NCBI RefSeq assembly: GCF_001194135.2
Contig: NC_069009.1
Location: 744,336-808,335 of the forward strand
Length of the DNA stretch: 64,000 nt
Reading direction: 5' to 3'
Source of the DNA: Octopus bimaculoides
Lineage: Eukaryota
Below, one piece after another: positions 1 through 12,200 of the stretch; position 1 is the first letter of the stretch, and every line of letters starts with the position of its first letter. Under the pieces are notes generated by a model. It did not search any database and had not been told where the DNA came from. It saw nothing but the letters and a program-made list of their open reading frames with translations. The position numbers and the translations under genes were made by a program.

Positions 1-158
1 CTCTATGTGGCCTGTGTGTTTTCTGTACTCTGGTTATTATTATTTTTTTGTCTACATTTTGTTTGCAATGTCCTGTACCCAGATATGCACTTATATATAC
101 AAGTAGACGTAGGTATGCACATACCTGTACGTATATATGCATATACTCATTTATTATT

Positions 159-202
<44 letters not shown>

Positions 203-859
203 GTACATATGTATATGTATGTATACATGTATATGTGTGTCTTTATGTCTGTGTTTGTCCCCCACCACCGCTTGGCAAGCAGTGTTGGTGTGTTTACATC
301 GGCGTAACGTAGTGGTTCGGCAAAGGCGAATAACAGAATAAGTACCTGACTTTGAAAAGTACTGAGGTAGATTCGTTCAGCGAAACCTTTTCAAGGCACC
401 GCCCGAGCATAGGTGCAGCCTAATGATTGAAACAAGTAAAAAAGTAAAAGATTAAAAGATTTATGTGACTCATATATAAGAGCAGCCAAAGGAATATTCT
501 TATCTAATGATAAATCATTCTCTGAGTGAAGTAATTTATATAAACAGAAACTAATTCACAGTGGTGAGTATCTATATCACTGTGTTATCTGTAATAGTTC
601 GTTGTCTAAAAGTAGTGGCCTAAATAAACACAAGTGCACTCACATAGGGGAAAAGGCATATCACTGTGGTATCAGTGATAAACCATTCTTTCAGTGAAGT
701 AACTCTACTATTCAAAAATGACTAATTCAACTATTCAGCAATGTATTCATACAAGAAAGAGGCAAGCATATTGAAACAAAAGAGAAGACATGTAACGGAT
801 ACTGCAGTATATCATTCTCTCACAAAAGACGCTTTGCTACCCTTCTTTAATATTTCTTT

Positions 860-1065
860 TCAACTGTCTAATATTTTCCCAAATATTTTAGCCGAGGCAT
901 GGATGCAAACCTTTTGTAACAGTTCTACTGGGAACTCTATTCCAATTTCCTATATATTCCTTATGGTGCCTGCCGATACTGTCTCCATTGAGCCAAAAAT
1001 AATTGACACTGTCTTTACCATCTTCATTTTCCATAACCGAGTTATTTGGTACTTTAAAGTGTTTA
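860..1065 (-). mobile_element. Old R4/Dong-type LINE C-terminal remnant
   Basis: Degraded translation RLWKMKMVKTVSIIFGSMETVS...ELLQKVCIHASAKILGKIL resembles the end of restriction-like-endonuclease LINE ORFs. Confidence 0.55.
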
Positions 1066-1079
1066 TTTATCTATTGTTT

Positions 1080-1546
1080 TATTATTATTATTCAGTAGTT
1101 TTATTTTTATAACGTACTTTCACTTCCCGACCGAGCGCAGCTCTGTGTGCCTTGGGTATGTGCTGTGGTTTGCTGTGATGCTCTTATGGTTACTGTATTG
1201 AAAGTGTTTTGCGTAGGATGTGTGCAGTGCCCAGTAGTGCAATTTCCTGTATGTTATATATACTTGTAAGTCCTGGTGTTTTTGTTATGTATTTGTCTGA
1301 ATATTTTTTTTATTATACCTAAGGCACCTACTATGATAGGAATTGTTTCTGTTTTTAGATTCCACATTCGAGTTACCTCTATTTCCAGGTCTTTGTATTT
1401 TGAAAGTTTCTCCATTTCTTTTAGGGAAACGTTGTCATCTGCTGGTATTGATACATCAATTAGAAAGCATTTTTTTTCTTCATGATCTGTGACAACTATA
1501 TCTGGTCTATTGGCCTTAATTTCTCTATCTGTGTGTATTGGCACAC
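1080..1546 (-). mobile_element. 5'-truncated R4/Dong-type non-LTR retrotransposon (restriction-like endonuclease end + 3' UTR)
   Basis: RPDIVV...LIDVSIP...KYKDL...PIIVGALG, then frameshifted IALLGTAHILRKTL*; flanked by (TAA)n on both sides. Confidence 0.88.
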
Positions 1547-1613
1547 ATTATTATTATTATTATTATTATTATAGATTAACTCGAATTTCCGAAAAGTTGT
1601 AGTAACAAACCAC

Positions 1614-1619
1614 TTTATT
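1614..1619 (-). terminator. Candidate polyadenylation signal of gene A (AATAAA)
   Basis: Inside a 3'-UTR block homologous between paralogs (accactttattca in both). Confidence 0.55.
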
Positions 1620-1789
1620 CAGAGAAAATAAAATATTACATTGTAAAAGAAGGCAACAGTGAAATATGGAGAGATTTTAGGAATATTTTCAGATTTTTAC
1701 GCTTCAGCCAATAGTCATGCATGTTGCTTCTTTTAAAATTACATTATTGCGGATTAAAGAGTCTCTTAGTAGCATAGTGTTGTATCAAT

Positions 1790-2100
1790 GTGAAGGCGCG
1801 TGGCTCAGTGGTTAGGGCATTCGGCTCACGATAGTGAGTTCGATTCTCGGCGACGCGTTGTGTCCTTGAGCAAGACACTTTATTTCACGTTGTTCCAGTG
1901 CACTCAGCTGGCAAAAAATGAGTAGTACCTGTATTTCAAAGGGCCGGCCTTGTCACGCTATGTGTCACGCTGAGTCTCCCCTGAGAGCTACGTTGGGGGT
2001 ACACGTGTCTGTGGATTGCTCAGTCACTTGCACGTTAATTTCACGAGCAAGCTGTTCCGTTGATCTGATCAACTGGAACCCTCGACGTCGTAAGCGACGG
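1790..2100 (+). mobile_element. tRNA-derived SINE family B (CORE-like body), in the gene A 3' UTR
   Basis: Pol III A/B boxes, tgtgtccttgagcaagacac, shared tail; 14-bp TSD agtgttgtatcaat. Confidence 0.9.
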
Positions 2101-2408
2101 AGTGTTGTATCAATAGGCAAAAAAATAAAAGCCACGCAATGTAATATACGAAGAAAAGTTGAGGCAAAATATAACCAAAGGTGACTCTTGAAGACACACA
2201 AACACACACACACATACTCACACCCACACATACTCACACCCACACACAAGCGTATATATGTTACAGATTATTTGAGAAAGCAAAAACTTAAATATGAAAT
2301 AGGCAGCTTGAATATATTTGCTTAGTTTAATGTAATATAAGAATATTTAGATTTTTGACGTAAAATATAATCAAAGACTAGTCTTGAGGAGTTTTTCTTC
2401 ATTTTCAT

Positions 2409-2467
2409 TCAAAAGGTCGTTTCTGCTTTTTTTTTTTTACCTCCTATTTCATATTCGGAGATTGAAC
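2409..2467 (-). CDS. Gene A terminal coding exon ((S)SISEYEIGGKKKKAETTF*)
   Basis: Acceptor tttccag; phase 1 matches the upstream donor; homologous exon in gene B differs by an in-frame 6-nt indel and stops at the equivalent position. Confidence 0.8.
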
Positions 2468-5400
2468 CTGGAAACATAATGAAAATAAACTATATGAATA
2501 TTAATTTTTCATGTCAATAATTCACGACCCTAAATATTATACACAGCAACAGTTGTCATCAACTCTTTTCTCACAAGAGAAAATAATGTTATTACAGAAG
2601 AAGTAGGGATGAACAACAAGTTTTATATTTAAAAGAGTAATTACACTCACAGGCAATAATAATTTTCGGGGGTACGTTGTAAGATAGCAAATAATTGATT
2701 AATTTTCCAGAGAAACTTTATATAAAAAAAAAGATGAACCATTTAGCTCTATTCAGTTAAAGGTTTGCATGGTTGAGTATATAATTTACGTTGGCCTTTA
2801 GGTGTATTTTGTGGAGGCGCAATGGCCTAGGGGTTAGGGCAGCGGATTCGCGGTCATAGGATCGCGGTTTCGATTCCCAGACCGGTCGTTGTGAGTGTTT
2901 ATTGAGCGAAAACACCTAAAGTTCCACGAGGCTCCGGCAGGGGATGGTGGCGAACCCTGCTGTACTCTTTTACCACAACTTTCTCTCACTCTTTCTTCCT
3001 AAGAGTGATGATATTGATAGTAACATCATGAAAATATCGGTTGTGCTGGTAGCAAGTATAAAAGAGACGAAATTACACTTACTTCTTACATTCTCCGGAA
3101 CTTGCCTCCAGGTTTTTCGTTTACGCACAAAGAGGCAAATGACATCTCTGGTATCTTTTTTGTATATACAGTAGCATATGAAGATGAACATTCCTTGAAG
3201 GGTGTTGAAGATGGTAAAAAGATGATTAAATACTTCTGCAGCTTCATCAAAAGCGAAAAATGCTAAAACCCAGGGCAATCCAAGTAGGAAGCATAAACCT
3301 ACGACGCCAAACACACGTACTTTTTTTGTGTTGTGTACAAATTTCTTGTCATTTTGCAATGAGTTCAGACGCCACATAACGACAAAAAACATAGTAATGT
3401 TGAAGAGGAGAATGATCGCCACGGGAGCGAGGAAAGCAGCATAGAAAGCTGTCTTGGATAACCAACAGCTACAAAGAAATAGAAAATTAATGATAAAACT
3501 CTGTGTTAAGTAGAGTCATGTGTTGGAAATTTTCGATTACACACCCCACCCATGGTCGCGTCTTCCCTCACTAGGATTACTATTCTACAGATTACAAAAC
3601 TAGGAATACTTCCGTTCTGATGTCAGTTGGAGTAGACAACTGCGACGACATCGGCGAACATGCCTGACATATCTACACAAAACTCGTTGGGTAGACCAGC
3701 CCCAAAAGGTGATTGCTCAAGGCTTTCTGTATCTCAACTTTTATTGAATTTTGCGGCACCCTGCATCAGCCGCCGAGGGCTGTAGTAGGCCATCAAGTTA
3801 GGAAATAGAATTCACTCCCTCCTCCAACTCTACGATTGCACCAAACAGTGGATGGGAGTGTCGCTAAAAAGTTGCACATATCACACTGAATTTGAGTAGC
3901 ACGATTGTGGATTTGATGTTACATTGCATCTCTGCCATTCGTACCTATCGAATGACTTTCATTGCGTCACACATTTACACACGGGCCTTAGCTCTGAGAA
4001 GGAAAACTTTCTGTTCAAAACTGAATACATATTCAGTCTTACTGAACTGAAAGGTAGGATACCGGATAGAAAATAAACATTATCAGTGTATAGGTACCAG
4101 GAATCAATGCCTTAGCTTTATCTCGATGGCAGCTTATTCATTATTCTATAATATTGAACGGAACGCATAAATATTAGTTGTGAAGACTAGAGAAAATTAG
4201 GCCAGTAAAACATAAATACTTACACTTTTTCAATTCTGATATAATTGTTTGTGTTGCTAATTGCCAAAGTAATTATGACAATCACAATTGGAAGACCTGA
4301 AAACGATATATACGGAAATGAATAAACATATGCAGATATTAATGAAAAATTGAGCCCTCCGTCGGTTACGACGACGAGAGTCCCAGCTGATCCGATCAAC
4401 GGAACAGCTTGCTCGTGAAATTAACGTGCAAGTGGCTGAGCACTCCACAGACACGTGTACACCTAATGTAGTTCTCAGGGGAGATTCAGCGTAACACAGA
4501 GTGTGACAAGGCCGGCCCTTTGAAATACAGGTACTACTCATTTTTGCCGGCGAAGTCGACTGGAGCAACGTGAAATAAAGTGTCTTGCTCAAGGACACAA
4601 CGCGTCGCCGGGACAAATATAAGACTTTAAACTCAGACAATATATGTATAAAAGAGATAGATGAATAGGCAGATATATAGACTGATAGATAGCGAGGGGG
4701 AGAGAGAGAGTGAGAGAGAGAGAGAGAGAGAGAGTGAGTGAGTGAGTGAGTGAGAGAGAATGTGTGTGTTCCTGTGGGAGAGAGATGAAATTAGGTACAT
4801 AATGAGAAGAAAGACATTATACATACCCCAGACTAAAATTGAACTCCTCTTGATAAATGATGACCGAATGGTTTTGAATACAAACAGGCCTAGATATATA
4901 TGAATTGCTTCTACAATCATCCACATGAAAGATGACAGGAGGAAGTAGTGTAACAGAGCAGCAACTGCCTACAACAACAATAAAATAATGATATCTCACA
5001 CTGACGCATGGCCTCGAATATATATTATTTTACCCGGGTCGGGTATAAATGTCAGTCCTCGACTGGTACTTTGCATTATTGATCCCAGACGGATAAACAT
5101 TAAAATAAACCCCACTGAAATTTCAACAGAAATCTCAAAAACACGTCTTTTAATATAGAAAGGAATTTTTCTATATTATTGCACGTTAATTTCACGAGCA
5201 GGCTGTTCCGTTGATCGGATCAACTGGAACCCTCGTCGTCGTTAAGCGACGGAGTGCCAACAACAACAATTTCTTATCATAAACACTGATGTTATCATTT
5301 AACAGTTAATCATTGTCAAATGAAAATTGGTACTTCATCGGTTACGACGATGAGGGTTCTAGTCGAATTGATTGACGAAACAGCTTGATTGGGAAATTAA

Positions 5401-6196
5401 CGTGCAAGTGGCTGAGCACTCCACAGACACGCACACTGTTAACGTATATCACACGGAGATTTAGTGTGACACAAAATGTGGCAACGATGGTCCTTTTGAA
5501 GTACAGGAAGCACGCATTTTTGCCAGCAGAGTGCAATGGGGCAACCAGAAATAAAGAGCCTCGGTCAAGGAGTTGAACTCACGAATTTAGAATCTTGAGC
5601 CAGTTACTCTAACTACTTATCTGATCGCCTTCACTGGTCAAATTAAAGAATGTAAAAACGAACAACGCAAACATTAAATGCGATATTTAGTGCTACAACC
5701 TGGGCTTTTACAAAACAAAATATTTGCTGGTTTCAATGTGTTTCCACTTACCCTACAAACAGCTGTTATTTCTGTAATATATTCTTGGAACCCAACAAGA
5801 AAGATAAGATATGTGGCAGCTAAAGAACTGCACAAGTTGACTAAAATCTTTGAAGCTATTAACTTCCATAGCGTTCTGGAATAATGACGAAAAGAAAGAA
5901 AAAAAATAATAATACTGCTTTTATTAACATTAATCAATCAATAAAGAAATTGCTCAAAGCACAAAAAAGTAACTACAACTTAATGGTTATTCGAAATATA
6001 AATGATATGTGAAATATGTATTTAGAATTTGTATACAGACATGGTGTAAAACAGGTGTGTATAATGATCTATATGAGGTATAGACCACTATGTTTATTGC
6101 GCTCACTGGGTAGGTTTGGTTGTTTATGATGGTAGTTCTTTATAGTCACAGAACAAGTCAAATGTCTGTACATGACACATTATGTTGCAAAATAAT

Positions 6197-6237
<41 letters not shown>

Positions 6238-9200
6238 GTAAAAATATGTGACACTTATTCAGTAGCCATGATAAAACTCCGAGTTTCGGATGCCAGGGTG
6301 GGAGCCCACGCCAACATCTCTTCAGTTATCCGGCCAATTGAAAATTCCTGTGAAAAATGACCGTTAAAAACAAGGGAAAATTACTGTGTAGTGACAAAGC
6401 GCGTCTAAAACTGCGTATATATATATCCTTTGAAATATTACATGTTGTTATTGCTTTTGTTGAATAAAATGTGTTGAAAAAAAAGCCGCAATAATTATGC
6501 ACCATACCCAATTGTAATAGTAAAGTTTATACCTTTCTGAATTAACTCTCCTTAGACACACAAGACAGGCATTCCTCGCTCATTCCCTCATTCTCATATC
6601 ATCCTTACTGTGACTCGCTTACAAAAACTTGCACTAAAATAACTGTCCAGTCAATAATCCTTCACTAAAGTGACAACATTCTGGATTTCTCTTCACATGC
6701 ATGATTTTCCTGCAGACATCAACCATGTCATGCTTACGAACGTGATGTGGGAGAGACCCACAAACTGATGGACAGTGTCCCAATGCATTTGAATAGCTTA
6801 TAAAAGAAAATAGAAATTGAAATGCTTACTTGAAATAAGCATGGATTATTACTGTCAGAATGAGACAGACAAATGATATTATGCAGCCAACGTTAGAAAT
6901 AATAGAGAGGAGTTCACTATTCTTTTCCTTTCCTTTATTTTTGTCATTCCCGTAGACATCCTGCAACAGAAAACAGACGACAACGTATTAGCTCCTCTTC
7001 TTCTCTTCTTCCTTTCATATATATTGATCAATACTTATATAAATTATGAGTGTTCATATAGGTGGGGGGGGGGTAATCTTCTATTACATGTTACAAGATA
7101 ATTAATTCCAATATGAAGCATCACTATCTTTATAATGTATATAAGCGACGTCTGAGTCCAGGTAGAATATACCACCGGTGTTTAAATCTTGAGTTCGAAT
7201 TCACTGAAGGTATATCTTATTATATGTTACAGCACAAATAATTCAAGCTGCTTCGCTTAAACTATCTGTTAACTGAGGACAGACGTCTGACGTGAAATAT
7301 AAGATAAATGATTAACTAGAGATATTAAAAATCTGAAATTGGAATTATTTTGGTAATAAAAGGAATAGAAACGTAAATAGTTATAAAGACAATTGATTTG
7401 ATTCGGTAATGTTTCTGACCGTTGTTGTTAGCACTCCGTCGCTTAACGACGTCGAGGGTTCCAGTTGATCCGATCAACGGAACAGCCTGCTCGTGAAATT
7501 AACGTGCAAGTGGCTGTGCACTCCACAGACACGTGTACCCTTAACGTAGTTCTTGGGGATATTCAGCGTGACACAGTGTGACAAGGCTGACTTAAATGAG
7601 AGGAGAGATCTAAGAGAATCATGAAGCGACCATTGTTTTAACATCTAACAATTTTTATTCTGCTATGGACATCTATTGTATATTAACTATGTATGTATCG
7701 ATTAAAGTACCATTCAGATAGTTTCAACACAATAGATTTTAAATACAAGGGAGATGGCTGTTCCTTTTTGTTGGAGGGATTCTGACGTTTTTAATCGAGG
7801 ACATTAGCTGGGTACATCTAGTGGATAACATCCTAATCTTAGACTAATAGACGATAGCAATAGCAGCATTAACAACAGTGACTTATTACAAAATATCAAT
7901 GTCCCATATTTACTAAAATATCCACCAACATGAAGTTTAATAGTTATTGAAATTATTTATGCATAGGCACAATTGCCAATTTACGGGCAATTAACAACAT
8001 GTCATAATGTTACCAACCATTAGTATAGCAAAACTTGTAAGATGGTAACAGGAACACAATACTTTCTTCCCAGGTTCATAGTCGGATATGTAACAGCCTT
8101 TTGTTGACCAATGTTCAGAGGATTTATCCCAATAGACACATTGTGGGTTGGCAGCATTCTGAAAAAAATTAAATTCTGTTTATTTAATCAAATTAGTTTG
8201 CAATTAAAACACATGTAATTAAGTTTGGCTAAACTGACTAATAAAATATCGAAACAGACCATGACGTAACTGACTATTCCATCTCGTTTATAAATCTATG
8301 TATGTTCTCATAATATCTATTACATGTTATTACATATATCGCCATCACTTGGACTACCATTCAGACTGTTTCTGAAAGGAAGGGATTTGTTCGTGTAGAT
8401 CTGAACTACAACGTGGCATGATGTTCGCGGCGGTAAAATGTTTCATCATAAGTCTTCCTGGTCAGAAATTGCATGAAGGAAAACAACATAAACAGCAACA
8501 ACTACAGTCATAGAAACCCCAAAGAAATTAATCAAATTTAAAATACAGTCATAATCATTGAACGCAATGCCCAAACATATTAAAACAATATACTGCTGAT
8601 ACTAAAACAGAACACAAACAATCGGAAACATATCCAGCACGCACATTGTATAATGAAGATACAATAAGTTATAAATGTCAACAGGGTAACAGCTACTACT
8701 ACTACTACTACTACTTGCGCCGTAGTCAGTGTTTCTGTCAGGAGGTGTAAGGTGTGGCTCTGAAATGAAACATTAACAACGACAGTTATAACAAAACACA
8801 TAATTATTACCTGATCTATTAAGTTGAATGAGATGCTAACTGGTTCATCAAGGTTGGTTATTTTAATGTTAGGAATATTTGCAGCAATAATATGGCTGTT
8901 AATTTTAGTATTTGCTTTGGTAGTAGAGTTTTCTATTATCTGTAAAGAGAAGTCGTTAAATAAATAAATTTATTCCGTAGAAGTGTTTATTAATACATCG
9001 TTAAAGCATGGAACTAAACACTGGAGTTGTGCTTCGACAACATTATTTTAATCAGTACAATAACTTTATACAACATATGAGGAGGAGGCACTCCATCGCT
9101 TACGACGTCAAGGGTTCCAGTTGATCCGATCAACGGAACAGCCTGCTCGTGAAATTAACGTGCAAGTGGCTGAGCACTCCACAGACACATGTACCCTTAA

Positions 9201-12200
9201 CGTAGTTCTCGGGGATATTCAGCGTGACACACAGTGTGACAAGGCTGACCCTTTGAATTACAGGCACAACAGAAACAGGAAGAAAGAGTGAGAGAAAGTT
9301 GTGGTGAAAGAGTACAGTAGGGTTCGCCACCATCCCCTGCCGGAGCCTCGTGTAGCTTTTAGGTGTTTTCGCTCAATAAACACTCAACGCCCGGTCTGGG
9401 AATCGAAACCGCGATCCTATGACCGCGAGTCCGCTGCCCTAACCACTGGGCCATTGTGCCTCCACTCGCACATATACAACCGGCACCAAAAAATTGACGA
9501 ACTTGTTGATATGACTAGCGTGTCCTGGAGCTACTGCCAAAAAAATTTTGAGCTAGGAATTTGGAATGAAAAGACTGGTAGCAAAATCTGTGGTTTTCTT
9601 GCTCACGAAATATCAAAACCAGTCACGACTGAATGGAACTGTTTTCGAAGGCCATCACTGGTGATGAAAGCTGGTGCTGCGGAATTTGCAGATGTGGAAG
9701 AGGTGAAGAAAAAATTGATGGAAGCGCTAAAAAAGCATCACATCAATTTTGTTGTATTAGTATTATTTCTTCCATTATCAAAAAACGTAACAATGAATTC
9801 AAAAATAACCAGAAGAAATATTTCCAAGCTTTGTACCATACCCTATATAGCTTATCCTCTTTCATATTAAACAAGGAGATCCTTGAAAATGTTGCGTGTT
9901 CTTCTTCTTTCAGATGTCTTATTAAACTCTTAGGCAATGAAATATAATCCATCATATCTTCCACTTTTGAGTTTGAGTTGTTATAGATCTGGTGGAGGAA
10001 AATAAAAGAAAAATTTAAATTGATAAATATAAAACGCAACTACTGTTGAATGTTGCTGACGTCGTAAAAATTTATAAACTTTCGACTGAACGTGAGGTGA
10101 AATAATTTTTTAAATAGTCGAGCAAATCGACCCCAGGACTTATTCTTTGGAAGCCTAATCCTTGTTCTATCGGTCTCTTTTGCTGAACCGCTAAGTTACA
10201 GAGACATAAACACACCAGCATCGGTTGTCAAGCGATGTTGGGGGGGGGGGGACAAACACAGGCACAAAAATATACACACACATACACACATATATATACA
10301 TATATACGACGGGCTTCTTTCTGTTTTCCGTCTACCAAATCCACTCTCAAGGCTTTGGTCGGCTCGAGGCTATAGTAGTAGACACTTGCTCAATGTGCCA
10401 CGCAGTGGGACTGAACCCAGAATCCATGTGGTTGTTAAGCAAGCTACTTACCACACAGCCACTCCTGCCAAGTTTTGTAACATCTACATTATATGACAAT
10501 AAAAATATATTTCATTCTGATGCATTTTATCAACCTTGGTATTCAAAATAAATTACCAATATGAGAGTAAATCAAGAGACAGTATCGTACCTCACTCCTC
10601 GCTTCCGTTTCATTGGTTCCATATGAAACACCAAAGACCAGACCATTGAAAGTGTCTTTCTCCACTTTGGCAGCACCAATAGCAAGATTAGAATATGAAN
10701 NNNNNNNNNNNNNNNNNNNNNNNNNNNNNNNNNNNNNNNNNNNNNNNNNNNNNNNNNNNNNNNNNNNNNNNNNNNNNNNNNNNNNNNNNNNNNNNNNNNN
10801 NNNNNNNNNNNNNNNNNNNNNNNNNNNNNNNNNNNNNNNNNNNNNNNNNNNNNNNNNNNNNNNNNNNNNNNNNNNNNNNNNNNNNNNNNNNNNNNNNNNN
10901 NNNNNNNNNNNNNNNNNNNNNNNNNNNNNNNNNNNNNNNNNNNNNNNNNNNNNNNNNNNNNNNNNNNNNNNNNNNNNNNNNNNNNNNNNNNNNNNNNNNN
11001 NNNNNNNNNNNNNNNNNNNNNNNNNNNNNNNNNNNNNNNNNNNNNNNNNNNNNNNNNNNNNNNNNNNNNNNNNNNNNNNNNNNNNNNNNNNNNNNNNNNN
11101 NNNNNNNNNNNNNNNNNNNNNNNNNNNNNNNNNNNNNNNNNNNNNNNNNNNNNCAGGGTTCGCCACCATCCCCTGCCGGAGCCTCGTGGAGCTTTTAGGT
11201 GTTTTCGCTAAATAAACACTCACAACGCCCGGTCTGGGAATCGAAACCGCGATCCTGTGACCGCGAGTCCGCTGCCCTAACCACTGGGCCATTGCGCCTC
11301 CACAACAACAAATGTGATCTGAATTTTACCTGCTGACAGTTCTGTTAGCTTTTTCTGCCTCAACCAAAATCTTCTCTGGTGCATTTATCATATCGTTGAT
11401 ACCATGAAGTATTTTGCGCAGTATTATATTGACGAACGCATTTGATATCAATAGCGCCATTTCCTCAAGCATGGCTATAGCCGAGACAATATCTTCTTTG
11501 AAATCCACTGATTTCTGTGAAATATTCAGGAGTTTTCTTGAAAATTCCTCAACAGTCCCTGCAATGGAAAATTTTAGATAAAGTTTACAGAAATTTACAT
11601 CCGCACTGAGACAAAACAACAGAAGCAAATACAACACATTTAATGAATCACTGGGAGTTAATTAACAATTTACTGTAGGGCGAAAATTGCTAAATATATG
11701 TTCAGTTCATGAGCTGCATACTCATTGTTATGCACCTCAGTGTCTCCTTGTTTGTAGTATTAAGTGGAATTCTCTATAGTTGAATAAGACATACACTTGC
11801 TAGTGCGAGACGTTGACAACCAATGAGCTGTAATACACCAGCCTTCATAAACCACAGTTAATCTGAACGAAGTTATTCTTTCAATGACAAGGTGAACTGC
11901 GATAAAAACGGTTCGCAGGTCTACTACTTGATATTGATTAGTCATCCTCAAGGCCTATATGAAAATTTGAAGTCACCAAAGCACTGAAGGTTTATGAAGA
12001 TTTCTTTTTAATTTTATAGTGTTACAGCAACAGATGAATGTGATAAATTATTCTATGGTAAACTATGTTTAGTAACTATGCATCTGTAGTAAATCATCTT
12101 AGTAAATATGTATCTGTAAGAAATCAGGTGGATTAAATCAGAAACTAAACAACGCTTACCCATGAAATCATTCTTGTTACATTGGTTTCCGCTGCAGCAA

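Noticed and set aside
2970-3082. SINE-derived C-terminus (GRKSERKLW*) of the ORF 2970-3422
   Set aside because: A conserved GTAAGT donor at 3082 and a homologous terminal exon in both paralogs indicate this is intron read-through.
11760-11951. 63-aa ORF between the LU and GAIN exons of gene A as a possible extra exon
   Set aside because: No convincing splice pair in a compatible phase, no homolog in gene B, and the flanking exons already join in frame.
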